64,000 nt of DNA. Origin: Candidatus Komeilibacteria bacterium. Its GTDB lineage: Bacteria > Patescibacteriota > Patescibacteriia > UBA1558 > GWA2-36-10. The notes under the pieces are model-generated. The model saw only the letters and a program-made list of their open reading frames with translations, had not been told where the DNA came from and did no database searches. Positions 17,385 to 27,604 of the stretch are shown in pieces. The DNA is taken from the NCBI GenBank assembly GCA_018656065.1, contig JABHZY010000024.1, positions 160,970-224,969 of the forward strand. The letters are read 5' to 3'. Made by a program: the position numbers and the translations under genes. Position 1 is the stretch's first letter, and each line of letters opens with the position of its first letter.

Positions 17385-17916
17385 CCAAAAGTTTAATTAA
17401 ATTTTCATCACTGTTCAATTTTTCATAATCTGATAATTCATCTACTGAATTAATGCCCATATATTTTAGAAAATCCATAGTTACTGAATAATTTATACTC
17501 AAGCTCTCTTTATCTGTGCTTTCTTCAATCAAGCCTCTGATAAGTAAATTACGTATAATCATAGAGCAATTAACGCCCCTAATCTGCTCCAGCTCCTCTT
17601 TACTGACTGGCTGACGATAGGCAATAATAGTTAAAGTCTCAAGTGATGGTTTGCTAAGATCCCCACTAAGTTCATCGTTAAAATAATCTTTTAAGACCTT
17701 AATATTGTCTGGATGAGACACAAATTGGACTTTTTTATTGTTATCTAAAACATGAATACCGCTGTCTTCTTGATTATATTTCTCTTTTAGTTTAGACAAT
17801 AATTTTTTAAGATCATCATCTTTACATTCCAAAAGCTTATTAATTTCTTTATAGGCCAATGGCTTACCAATTGCCAAAAGTAATGATTCTAAAATGGATA
17901 AACTATTTTTTTTCAT
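17356..17916 (-). CDS. scpB: SMC-Scp complex subunit ScpB
   Basis: 'LETLTIIAYRQPV', 'IRGVN'. Confidence 0.95.
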   Translation of the reverse strand: MKKNSLSILESLLLAIGKPLAYKEINKLLECKDDDLKKLLSKLKEKYNQEDSGIHVLDNNKKVQFVSHPDNIKVLKDYFNDELSGDLSKPSLETLTIIAYRQPVSKEELEQIRGVNCSMIIRNLLIRGLIEESTDKESLSINYSVTMDFLKYMGINSVDELSDYEKLNSDENLIKLLDGSENEAEQ

Positions 17917-17965
17917 TTAACTCTTTATTATATATTTATAATTAAATCCTGAGCTTGCTGAAGGA

Positions 17966-18670
17966 TTATTTTTGATTTCTTAATATATTTAAATCACTAA
18001 ATAAATCTTCTTGTTCTACGAATATTTCTTTTTGTTTCATAAGTTCAAGCATAGCTAAAAAATTAACCACTGTCTCAGTCTTATCTTTCTTTTTAAACAT
18101 TTTATTAAAGCTTATTTTAGTATGTGTTTTTATAACTTCTTGCAAATCTTTTATTTTCTCACTAATAGAAACTGCCTTAGCTATAATTACTTTCGGTAAA
18201 TTAACTATTCTGGCTATTTTAGAAATTACTAAGGCAAAAATACTACTCATTCCATCCTTATCAGCATTAGTAGGAGGTGCAAATCCCTTTTCAGTAGGTA
18301 ATTTATAAGGATTGGCCCGAATATAAGAAAATTTATTGGGGTCAGAAAATTGTTTGTTTATCAACTTACTAGCTTCATAATATTGTCTATATATTTTAAG
18401 TTGATTTTCAAGAGAACCAGCATCTTCTTCATCTTCTATATTAAAGTCTGGTAATAAATACTTTGATTTCAAATATATAAGTTTAGAAGCTATTAACAAA
18501 AAATCAGCTACCTCGGTGGAAGCTATATTTTCTCCTTCTTCTATATATGATAGATATTGATCTGTTATCTTAGCTAGAGAAATCTCAGTGACTTGTAGCT
18601 TGTTTTTTTCTATCAATTTTAGTAAGAGATCCAGTGGACCTTCAAACTGTTCCAATTGAATTTTGTGCAT
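17966..18670 (-). CDS. scpA: Segregation/condensation protein ScpA
   Basis: 'FEGPLDLLL', 'FLAMLEL'. Confidence 0.95.
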   Translation of the reverse strand: MHKIQLEQFEGPLDLLLKLIEKNKLQVTEISLAKITDQYLSYIEEGENIASTEVADFLLIASKLIYLKSKYLLPDFNIEDEEDAGSLENQLKIYRQYYEASKLINKQFSDPNKFSYIRANPYKLPTEKGFAPPTNADKDGMSSIFALVISKIARIVNLPKVIIAKAVSISEKIKDLQEVIKTHTKISFNKMFKKKDKTETVVNFLAMLELMKQKEIFVEQEDLFSDLNILRNQK

Positions 18671-19182
18671 TTATAGAATAAAAATAATAAAAAACGCGTC
18701 TTTATTATAACATTTCGATCTATTTTTTTCAATAAAAAAACCCCGCGCTTTCATTGGCGACGGGGCTGCTACAAGCTACCAGGCATTTCTAGTCTCACCT
18801 CGACCATTGGTCCATATAGGTCCATATAGGAAGTGTACATTCAGAAAAGTCTTCTGAGCAGCTTGCCCGCAAAGGATTAATGGCAACTGGCGTTGCGATA
18901 CGTCTGAGACGTATACTTTTCCCTTGCTAAAAATAATACAAACGAATAACACACTATAGCACAGACATGTATACTTGTCAATACCAAAATTAAAGTAAAA
19001 AAACAGAGAGGGCCCATGGGTAGCCCTCTCTAACCGCCAGAAACAAGCGCAACGAACCAGGTGGAACGCATTTGCTCTGACGGAAATCTCCATCAATATT
19101 GTCCTGTTGGACTTAGAAATGAGAATCGATATGGATGAACTCTTTTACTTTTTTAGTATACCCCAAATAAAAGCCAAGGTCA

Positions 19183-19212
19183 AAAAAACACCCCTGAAAA
19201 AAGAGGTGTTTT
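19183..19212. terminator. Intrinsic terminator after aspS
   Basis: AAAAAACACC-cctgaaaaaaga-GGTGTTTTT. Confidence 0.6.
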
Positions 19213-19222
19213 TATAAAATTA

Positions 19223-20638
19223 TTATTTTTTAATGCTCAAGCCTAATTCATCCAATTGTTCTTTGCCAACATCAGCTGGAGAATCTAGCATTGGATCTCT
19301 ACCATCTGAAGTCAAAGGAAAAGCAGTTACTTCTTTAAGATTTTTTTCTCCTAATATTACCATCAACAATCTATCTAAGCCTGGAGCTATACCGCCGTGA
19401 GGTGGCACACCATACTTAAAAGCTTCGTAATAGTGCTGAAACTGCTTCTTCTGTTCATCAGAAAATCCAATCAAATCCCAAACTTTTTCCTGAATCTTCA
19501 TATCATGAATACGAACAGCTCCACCACCGACTTCAAAACCATTAAGAGCTAGATCATGTTGATATGATCTAACTTTACCCGGATCACTATCTAGTAGTGG
19601 GATATCTTCTTCTTTGGGAGCGGTAAACATATTGTGACTTGGTCCCCAAGTATCTCCAGCACCCACAAACCTATCTTCATCAGTCTGCTCAGCAAATAAT
19701 GGAAAATTGACTATCCAAGCAAAGGCTAATTCATTTAGATCATTTTTGTCTTTTCTAAGATCTGGCTTATCATTACCATATTTTTTCATGGATTCGTCAT
19801 GGTCAATGCGTGGCCATGGTTTTTGAGTAATTTTTTTCTCTGGGAATAAAGTCTCTACCATTTCAGTGAACATACGTTCAGTTAAATCAAGAATCTCTTC
19901 TTGAGTCATAAAACTCATTTCCATATCTAATTGATAGAATTCACCTGGACTTCTATCTGCTCGAGCGTCCTCATCTCTAAAACAAGGCGCCACTTGAAAA
20001 TATCTATCCACACCAGCTACCATTAACAACTGCTTATATTGCTGCGGAGCTTGCGGTAAGGCAAAAAATTGCCCCTTATGAAGTCTAGAAGGCACTAGGT
20101 AATCTCTAGCTCCTTCTGGAGTAGATTTAGACAAAATCGGCGTTTGTATTTCTATGAAATCATTTTTGTGTAACCATTCTCTAAAAAAACTAATTACATT
20201 ATCACGAGCCACGATATTTCTGGTCATACGCTCATGACGAAGATCAAGATATCTATATTTAAGACGTAGTTCTTCATTAGCTTGACGTTCTTCATTATCT
20301 ATTTCAAATGGTGGAGTCTCAGACTCAGATAATACAATAATTTTCTTGGCTAGTATTTCTACAGTACCAGTAGCTAAATCTTTGTTGATTTGTTTAGCGC
20401 CACGATCTTGAACTACACCTTCAATTGCTAAAACAAATTCTGGACGAATATTTCCTAATATTTCTTGACTTGCTTCATCTAGTTCAGCTGGCACTGCTAC
20501 TACTTGTAGTATACCCCAACGGTCACGCAAGTCCAAAAAGGCAATCTTACCCATATTGCGACGGACATTAACCCAGCCTTTGACGAGTACTGTCTCGCTC
20601 GTTTTTCCGACTGTTTCTGTTGTTTTTATTCTATTCAT
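19223..20638 (-). CDS. aspS: Aspartate--tRNA ligase (short form lacking the GAD insertion)
   Basis: OB-fold, PEGARDY, QAPQQYKQ, CFRDED, PPHGGIAPGLDR; 471 aa. Confidence 0.93.
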   Translation of the reverse strand: MNRIKTTETVGKTSETVLVKGWVNVRRNMGKIAFLDLRDRWGILQVVAVPAELDEASQEILGNIRPEFVLAIEGVVQDRGAKQINKDLATGTVEILAKKIIVLSESETPPFEIDNEERQANEELRLKYRYLDLRHERMTRNIVARDNVISFFREWLHKNDFIEIQTPILSKSTPEGARDYLVPSRLHKGQFFALPQAPQQYKQLLMVAGVDRYFQVAPCFRDEDARADRSPGEFYQLDMEMSFMTQEEILDLTERMFTEMVETLFPEKKITQKPWPRIDHDESMKKYGNDKPDLRKDKNDLNELAFAWIVNFPLFAEQTDEDRFVGAGDTWGPSHNMFTAPKEEDIPLLDSDPGKVRSYQHDLALNGFEVGGGAVRIHDMKIQEKVWDLIGFSDEQKKQFQHYYEAFKYGVPPHGGIAPGLDRLLMVILGEKNLKEVTAFPLTSDGRDPMLDSPADVGKEQLDELGLSIKK

Positions 20639-20649
20639 ATTATAAAAAT

Positions 20650-20967
20650 TTAATCTATTGATTTTAAGATGTTATCAACTTCTTGATCGCTTACAAAAGT
20701 TTTGGTAATTACATTCTTTTCATCTTCTGAAAAATCTTTTACTAAAACAAAAGTTCCTTCTGTTTTATTATTGCCGATAGTATACTCTGTGACTACTACC
20801 CTAGCTAAAAAATTCCAATCATTATCTTTCAAATCCATAGGTACGTTGATCTGATATAATCTATGATTTTCTTTTTTGAAAGAATATTTTTTACCAAATT
20901 CTAAGACTTTTGGAATCTGATCATTATCTAATTTTAAACAAGCTTGTACTAAAAATGGATTACCCAT
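20650..20967 (-). CDS. Hypothetical protein, DUF2584-like
   Basis: 'MGNP...LKL...KKENHRLYQINVPMDL..W' resembles DUF2584 (from recall). Confidence 0.55.
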   Translation of the reverse strand: MGNPFLVQACLKLDNDQIPKVLEFGKKYSFKKENHRLYQINVPMDLKDNDWNFLARVVVTEYTIGNNKTEGTFVLVKDFSEDEKNVITKTFVSDQEVDNILKSID

Positions 20968-20970
20968 ATT

Positions 20971-22260
20971 TTATGGTTTTAATCTATTTATTGTACGTGG
21001 AAATGGAATTGTCTCTCTGACATGTTGAATTCCACATACCCAAGCTACTATACGCTCCAGGCCAAAGCCAAAACCTCCGTGCGGTACTGATCCATATTTA
21101 CGAAGGTCTAAATACCATTGAAAATCTTCTTGGGAAAGTTTTTCTTCTTTGAGACGCTGGAGCAATGTATCGTGATCATCTTCACGCTGAGATCCACCAA
21201 TAATTTCTCCATATCCCTCTGGAGCAAGCAAATCACTGCATTCTGCTAGTTCATGATTGTTGACATTCCTCTCCATATAAAAAGATTTTATCTTAGCTGG
21301 ATAATGAGTAACAAATATTGGATTGTCAAATTTTTTAGTAAGCATAGTTTCATCGTCTGCTCCTAGATCTTCTCCGTCTTTGATGTCACTGCCCATATCT
21401 TGTAGCATCTTCACAGCCTCAGTATGTGTAATTTTATGAAATGGCTTTACGGTATTTTCTAGTGCTTTGATATCTCTTTCTAAAATTTCAAGTTCGGCTT
21501 TATTATTTTCTAAAACTGCGCTGACCATATGACGGATAAGTTCTTCCTGAACATTCATATTATCATCAAGATTTATAAAAGCCATTTCAGCATCCATCAT
21601 CCAAAATTCTGTCAGATGACGACGTGTTTTTGATTTTTCTGCTCTAAAGACTGGTCCAAAATCAAATACTTTGTTGTGAGCAAAAATCGCTGATTCAATA
21701 TATAGCTGACCACTTTGAGAAAGATAAGCCTTGTCATCAAAATAATCAATTTCAAAAAGCTCTGTAGTGCCTTCGCAAGCATTGGGAGTCAGTATTGGCG
21801 CGTCAATCTTCACAAAATCATTTTTAGCCATATAATCATAGTTGGCTTGAATAAGAGTATTGCGAATTTTCTGTATTGCAATCTGTTTAGCTGACCTAAG
21901 CCACAGGTGCCTATTATCCATTAAAAAATCAACACCATGCTCTTTTTTAGAAATAGGATACTCTTCGGCTATTTGATAATAATTAAAATCTATCACATGA
22001 AGCTCGTATTCATCTTTTTTGGGATGTTTGGCTACCTTGGCCATCACTTTAACCGAAGTCTCTTGCGTCACTTCTTGAGCTTTAGCCCATACACCTTCTG
22101 ACAAATCAGCTGAAGACAGTATAGCTTGGGCTATTCCACTACCATCCCTAAGCTGCCAAAAGGCAATTTTGCCAGATGAACGAAAATTAGCCACCCATCC
22201 ATTGATGACTACTTCTTTGTCTACGAAATCTTTTAAATCTTTAATAAAAATATTTTCCAT
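20971..22260 (-). CDS. asnS: Asparagine--tRNA ligase
   Basis: RHLWLRS, CEGTTELF, YLSQSGQLY, FRAEKS, EIIGGSQRE. Confidence 0.95.
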   Translation of the reverse strand: MENIFIKDLKDFVDKEVVINGWVANFRSSGKIAFWQLRDGSGIAQAILSSADLSEGVWAKAQEVTQETSVKVMAKVAKHPKKDEYELHVIDFNYYQIAEEYPISKKEHGVDFLMDNRHLWLRSAKQIAIQKIRNTLIQANYDYMAKNDFVKIDAPILTPNACEGTTELFEIDYFDDKAYLSQSGQLYIESAIFAHNKVFDFGPVFRAEKSKTRRHLTEFWMMDAEMAFINLDDNMNVQEELIRHMVSAVLENNKAELEILERDIKALENTVKPFHKITHTEAVKMLQDMGSDIKDGEDLGADDETMLTKKFDNPIFVTHYPAKIKSFYMERNVNNHELAECSDLLAPEGYGEIIGGSQREDDHDTLLQRLKEEKLSQEDFQWYLDLRKYGSVPHGGFGFGLERIVAWVCGIQHVRETIPFPRTINRLKP

Positions 22261-22398
22261 AATTGTATATTAACTAGCTTAAATATTACCTAAAATATCA
22301 ATATCTGACAAGTTTAATAAATTGACAAACAAGTGGTTATATTCTACAAATAATATAGTTCCCTCTCAAATACTCTAACTCCAACTTGGAGGTTTCCA

Positions 22399-22647
22399 AT
22401 GAAAAAGCCCGTTCCCCTACGAAAAACCATCAACTTGAAGTTGATTGGCAAGAAAGCTCAACTGATGAGGAACAAGTTTGATCCTCAAGGAAATCTTGTC
22501 TTTGCAAAAGGCCTCAAAGGTCTGATCACGATGGTATGCTTCTACACTATTGGAGACAAAGATATATTTAGAGTAAAAATGAAGCTTGACGACAAACCGC
22601 TTCATGAAATCACCTTTGATGGTTTCGATCTGGAACTCATCTATTGA
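22399..22647 (+). CDS. Hypothetical orphan protein, stand-alone unit
   Basis: GGAGG Shine-Dalgarno, upstream TTGACA, terminator AAAACGGCCT...AGGCCGTTTT directly after the stop. Confidence 0.6.
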   Translation: MKKPVPLRKTINLKLIGKKAQLMRNKFDPQGNLVFAKGLKGLITMVCFYTIGDKDIFRVKMKLDDKPLHEITFDGFDLELIY

Positions 22648-22698
22648 AAAACGGCCTTGTCCAAGGAAGAATAGGCCGTTTTAAATTTATATAATTTT

Positions 22699-23211
22699 CT
22701 AAATTTTTTTTATACCCTTAAGGAATGCGTAAGCTAATAATCCACCTATTAAAGCAGTAGCTAGTTGTGGCCAGCTCATCATAGCTGACACTTTAGTAGC
22801 GAGCTCCTGTTTTAGAAGTAAATTAATTACCACAAAACTTGTAGACCAAAGGAAAATAAATTTTAATAAACTACCAACTACTATGCCTAACCAAAAATTC
22901 TTATCTCTTAAAAGATGAAAGCCTAATATTAAAATCACATTGGAAATAATAATAAAAGGAATCATTGGCGCTAATACAGCTGGTAATAAACCAACTCCTA
23001 AAGCAATAGTACTAGGAAGTAATGCTAATATAATCGCATTTTGACTACCTAATAATACTACAGCTATTAAAAACATGGCATTGACTATCGGACCAGTTAC
23101 CCATTGTTGATGAAATAAAGGTGCGATCGTAGCTATGCTGAGTAAAGACACAAATTGAACAGTAGCCGCTGTCTTTGCTCTATCCCAAGTTAAAGTTTGT
23201 GTTAAAGCCAT
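22699..23211 (-). CDS. ECF S-component-like membrane protein in the hydrogenase operon
   Basis: 5-6 TM; 'QWVTGPIVNAML' and 'WPQLATALIGG'. Confidence 0.65.
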   Translation of the reverse strand: MALTQTLTWDRAKTAATVQFVSLLSIATIAPLFHQQWVTGPIVNAMFLIAVVLLGSQNAIILALLPSTIALGVGLLPAVLAPMIPFIIISNVILILGFHLLRDKNFWLGIVVGSLLKFIFLWSTSFVVINLLLKQELATKVSAMMSWPQLATALIGGLLAYAFLKGIKKI

Positions 23212-23226
23212 ATATTTATATATTAA

Positions 23227-24951
23227 TTACTTAGATGGAAAAACTTCTTTTTTCTTTTTACGATAACTAGTGTGACAAACACTATGTCTATTTTTGTCAT
23301 CGTTAAAGAAGTCTTTGTACATTTTTTTAATGATTGGATTTTCATCTGCGCTACGAGCAACTTTTTTAGTATCTAAATTGTATAGTGCTGCTGAACGTTT
23401 TTTCCTAATCTCATCATTAACTGGTACTGGTTGTCCTCCACCGCCAATACATCCACCAAAACAAGCCATTACTTCTACATAATCATAAGCTTGAGGATCT
23501 TTCTCTAATTCTTCTAAAAGTTTTTTAGCATTAGCAATACCATTTACCACTCCTACCTTAAGAGTTTTATCAGCTATTTTAATCTCCGCTTTTTTAAAGC
23601 CATGAATACCTCGTACTTCTTTTAAATTTAATTTAGGCATTCGCTTATTTGTCATCTTTTTATAAGCTGCTCTCAAAGCTGATTCCATTACCCCGCCCGA
23701 AGACCCATAAATTACACCAGCTCCACTAGGCTTGAGTAATGGTGATTTGGCACTATCTGGCTTGATGGTAGCTAAATCAATTTTCTTTTTGCGTAGTAAA
23801 TGGGCTAATTCTCTAGTAGTTAAAATTTGATCTACTGATTTAAATTTACCTACGTTATTTTGTGATCTTTCTATTTCATATTTTTTGGCTACACAAGGCA
23901 TTATTCCTACTACTATTATATCTTTAGGATTGATATTCATTTTCTGAGCCCAATAGGTCTTGATAAGGCCCCCCATAATAACTTGTGGAGATTTTACAGT
24001 TGTTAAACTTGGTATCAAATCTGGACGATAAAATTCTACATATTTTACCCAAGCTGGGCAACAAGAAGTGAACATTGGTAATGGCCTATCATCTTCAAAT
24101 CTTTCAATTAATTCTGTAGCCTCTTCCATAGTAGTCATATCAGCTCCTACACAAACGTCAAAAACATGTTCAATCCCCAAGGCCTTAATAGCAGCAATAA
24201 GCTTGCCAGTCACTACTGATCCAACTGGCATGCCAAATTCCTCGCCAATTGAACTACGAATAGATGGTGCAAATTGAAATACAACTGTCTTACCTTTGGC
24301 GTCTATATATTTATCTACATCTTCAAATTCTCCCACACCTTCAAAAGCTCCCACCGGACAATGAGTCAGACATTGCCCACAATAAATACAATCTTTATCT
24401 TTTTTAGAAGAAGGGCAAACTTCATAAAATTTACCTTTTTTCTTATATTCTAAAAAATCTACTCCTTCTTTTTTACAAACATCTACACAAAGTCCACAAT
24501 CAATACATTTAGATGTATCAAATTCTAATGCTGGGCCAAATTTATGAACCGGATAAGCTTTTTTACGATCTTCGTATTTTGTAATTTTTACATCATATTT
24601 TTTAGCAAAATCTAGAATAGTACAATCTTGACTATAAATACAATCTCCACATTCTTCACAATGTTCAGAGAATATAAGCTCTAAATTAGTTTGTTTAGCT
24701 CTAGAAATATTTTTAGATTCTGTAGAAATCCTCATGCCATTTTCAGCCTGAGTATTACAAGAGGTAAATAAGCCTTTCCTGCCTTTTATTTCTACTAAAC
24801 ATAATCTACAAGAACCTTGAACTTTTATATCTGGATGATGACATAAAGTAGTAATATAGATATTATTTTTCTTAGCCACATCCAAAACACTCTGTCCTAT
24901 TTCAGCACTATATTTTTTATTATTTATAAAAATTGAAATATTTTTAGGCAT
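23227..24951 (-). CDS. hydA: [FeFe]-hydrogenase, group A catalytic subunit
   Basis: H-cluster motifs TSCCPAW, MPCVAKKYE, EVMACFGGCIGGGGQP; N-terminal 2Fe-2S, HxxxCxxC and 2x4Fe-4S domains. Confidence 0.93.
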   Translation of the reverse strand: MPKNISIFINNKKYSAEIGQSVLDVAKKNNIYITTLCHHPDIKVQGSCRLCLVEIKGRKGLFTSCNTQAENGMRISTESKNISRAKQTNLELIFSEHCEECGDCIYSQDCTILDFAKKYDVKITKYEDRKKAYPVHKFGPALEFDTSKCIDCGLCVDVCKKEGVDFLEYKKKGKFYEVCPSSKKDKDCIYCGQCLTHCPVGAFEGVGEFEDVDKYIDAKGKTVVFQFAPSIRSSIGEEFGMPVGSVVTGKLIAAIKALGIEHVFDVCVGADMTTMEEATELIERFEDDRPLPMFTSCCPAWVKYVEFYRPDLIPSLTTVKSPQVIMGGLIKTYWAQKMNINPKDIIVVGIMPCVAKKYEIERSQNNVGKFKSVDQILTTRELAHLLRKKKIDLATIKPDSAKSPLLKPSGAGVIYGSSGGVMESALRAAYKKMTNKRMPKLNLKEVRGIHGFKKAEIKIADKTLKVGVVNGIANAKKLLEELEKDPQAYDYVEVMACFGGCIGGGGQPVPVNDEIRKKRSAALYNLDTKKVARSADENPIIKKMYKDFFNDDKNRHSVCHTSYRKKKKEVFPSK

Positions 24952-24953
24952 AA

Positions 24954-25949
24954 TTAATTTCTAGTATGTGGTAATATTTTTTTAATGAGAGATCTAAATG
25001 GTAAAGGAATTGATCTTCCTAAGGCACAATAACTGGTATTTTCTAAAACGAAAAATAAATCATCCAAACGCTTTTCGTCAAATTGCCTATCTTTTATCAT
25101 TTCTAATATTCTATAACTACCTTCTCGACAAGGAGTACATTTATCACAATTTTCCTGCATAAAAAAATCGATCCAAGTACGCATCAATACCCAAGCATCG
25201 GTCTGATCCCTATCATAAATAACAATAGCACCTGATCCAGATACTTTTTGCGTAGTTTCAGAAGCTAATAATATATCGCCGCTAGCTCCACCACCTACTT
25301 GCACAAAATATTTAAATTCAGGCTTATTCTTTGTTTTAGTTAAAATCTTTTTAATAGCCCAGTCTACTGGTAATTCAAACACTCCTTTATATGACGCCTT
25401 GCCTGTAATACTATATAGTCTAGTTTTTTTATATTTACCTTGAGCAATTTTGGCTATCTGATAAAAAGTTTCTATATTATTAATCAAAGTTGGCAATCCA
25501 TTTATACCTGCTTGTCCAGGAAAAGGTGGTTTAGTTCTAGGACGAGCTGGTAAGTTTTTTTCAATCTCTTCGCAAAGCACAGTCTCTTCTCCTGATAAAT
25601 AGCCGCCATGCTCTCTAAAAACAGTAATTGGTAAATCACCAATTAATTTTTCTAGTTTCTTTTTATATTTTTTGAAATAATCTCTTCTTAAAAAAATAAA
25701 AGCCTCAGACCCTTTAAAGGTATCTAAAGCGATTTTTAATCCCTCAATCAATACTTCTGGATGGTTTTTTAATATATAACCATCTTTTAATACATTTGGC
25801 TCCCCTTCACTACCATTAGCTACTATATACTTCTTTTTTGAATTAGCGTCGGCAAACATTTGCCATTTTGCGTGTGTCGGAAAATTAGCACCCCCTCTGC
25901 CACGTAAATTAGATATTTTTAATTTAGCTATTATATTTTTATTTTTCAT
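24954..25949 (-). CDS. NuoF/HydB-like flavin/Fe-S subunit (short)
   Basis: LRGRGGANFP, NGSEGEP, GEET, NNIET, CDKCTPCREG...C. ATG at 25949. Confidence 0.88.
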   Translation of the reverse strand: MKNKNIIAKLKISNLRGRGGANFPTHAKWQMFADANSKKKYIVANGSEGEPNVLKDGYILKNHPEVLIEGLKIALDTFKGSEAFIFLRRDYFKKYKKKLEKLIGDLPITVFREHGGYLSGEETVLCEEIEKNLPARPRTKPPFPGQAGINGLPTLINNIETFYQIAKIAQGKYKKTRLYSITGKASYKGVFELPVDWAIKKILTKTKNKPEFKYFVQVGGGASGDILLASETTQKVSGSGAIVIYDRDQTDAWVLMRTWIDFFMQENCDKCTPCREGSYRILEMIKDRQFDEKRLDDLFFVLENTSYCALGRSIPLPFRSLIKKILPHTRN

Positions 25950-26088
25950 CGCAACTATATTATACAATATTTTAATAAAAACCGCCACAAAATAAAAAGG
26001 GTAGAAATTTCTTCCCACCCTCCTACTTTTTTATAAAAAACCCCACCTATAACTTAACAATATGAGAGTTTTGTTATTTATTAAACAA

Positions 26089-27228
26089 CTAATATTGAAT
26101 TTGAGTAAACTCAGTTGATCTTTCGCATTCACTTTTCTCACTTGAATCTTTAATATTAGCACAAACAGCTACATCCTTTGTCTTCACTGCTACATTATTA
26201 AAACACTTATCGCGAGTGCCTTTCTTCTCTATATTTTCACAAAATGAAGCATCTCTAGCGGCCAAAGCAGCTCCGTAACTACATTCATATCTATCGTCAT
26301 TATCATCTAAATAAATACATGCTTCTGAATTTTTAGCGTTTTTAGCCATATTTATAAAACAATATTTTTTTTTGGAATCATTTTCAATTTGTTTACAAAG
26401 CTCAATATCAAATTTTTCAACAGCTATATCTGAATAACAGCTATCTTTATCCCTGCCGCCAACTATTTTATCACAAAGATCTGTGTCGGACTTTTCAATC
26501 GCAATCCCTAAAAAACAATTATCCTTAATTGATTGACTAGCTATTTTATCACAAATAGCAAGATCTATTTTTTTTATACCAATATCAGATAAACAATTAT
26601 CGCGATATGAACCCTCTTCTATTTTCTCACAAATTGATTCATCCTCCATTTCTTCAGCTACTGCGGCAATGCACTTACTTAAAACGGAAGCCCTACCCTC
26701 AACTTTATCACAAATTGAAATGTCTTTTTTATTTATTGCAATTTCTGTATAACAATTAGAAGTTTTGAATGATTCTTCTACTCTGACGCAAATACTTTCA
26801 TCATTTTTATCAATTGCTATATCATTAAAACAACTAGCTCGAGTAGATTTACTAGATATTTTATCACAAAGATTTTCGTTTTTAGATTCTTTGGCTATTG
26901 TATTATAACAACTCCCCTTAGTATTATCTTTTGAAATATCAGCACAAATATCAGAGTCTTTCTTTAAAATAGCCACGCTAGAAAAACAAGAATCTTTACT
27001 GGATTCCTTATCTATTAAATCACAAACTGACTTATCTTCTTTAGCTTCGGCTACTGCAATTAAACACCTTTCCTGTCTAGACTGATCTTCTTTCATTTTA
27101 AGACAGATTTTTGGGTCTTTCTTATTAATAGCCTTATTCATATCTGCATCCAAAGAATCAAAAATTCCACAACCACTTAAGAAAAATATCCCGAAAGTCA
27201 AAAGTAAAAGGAATTTAATTTTTTTCAT
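26089..27228 (-). CDS. Cysteine-rich repeat lipoprotein
   Basis: Lipobox LSGC; about 13 repeats of C-x2-I-x7-C-x4-A. Confidence 0.8.
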   Translation of the reverse strand: MKKIKFLLLLTFGIFFLSGCGIFDSLDADMNKAINKKDPKICLKMKEDQSRQERCLIAVAEAKEDKSVCDLIDKESSKDSCFSSVAILKKDSDICADISKDNTKGSCYNTIAKESKNENLCDKISSKSTRASCFNDIAIDKNDESICVRVEESFKTSNCYTEIAINKKDISICDKVEGRASVLSKCIAAVAEEMEDESICEKIEEGSYRDNCLSDIGIKKIDLAICDKIASQSIKDNCFLGIAIEKSDTDLCDKIVGGRDKDSCYSDIAVEKFDIELCKQIENDSKKKYCFINMAKNAKNSEACIYLDDNDDRYECSYGAALAARDASFCENIEKKGTRDKCFNNVAVKTKDVAVCANIKDSSEKSECERSTEFTQIQY

Positions 27229-27303
27229 AATTTTAGTTAATTTTAATATTAAAATATTAACATAAAAACTTCTAAGCTAGCAAATATTTATATACTAAAA
27301 AAT

Positions 27304-27603
27304 TTATTTAAGTAATCTAACCTTAAATACACCTTGCCCTCCTTGAGTAAATTTCCCTTCTTTAAAGTCCTTAACTAAAGGATGACTTCTAAGTAAATCT
27401 TCAATAAGTGGTTTTATAACTGGCCCATTTTTAGAATGTATCCCTACTCCAGTAATAATAGATATTAAACTATAACCATCATTTAAAGATTCTTTAATAA
27501 ATTCATCAGCTAAATCTAAGATTTGTTGATGAATCATCGGTCCTCTATTATGAAAATCTAGCTCCACTTCAGCCTGATTAAATTGTTTATATTTATTAAC
27601 CAT
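27304..27603 (-). CDS. Smr/MutS2 C-terminal domain protein
   Basis: LDFH, IITGVGIHS, GGQG motifs. Confidence 0.85.
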   Translation of the reverse strand: MVNKYKQFNQAEVELDFHNRGPMIHQQILDLADEFIKESLNDGYSLISIITGVGIHSKNGPVIKPLIEDLLRSHPLVKDFKEGKFTQGGQGVFKVRLLK

Positions 27604-27604
27604 C

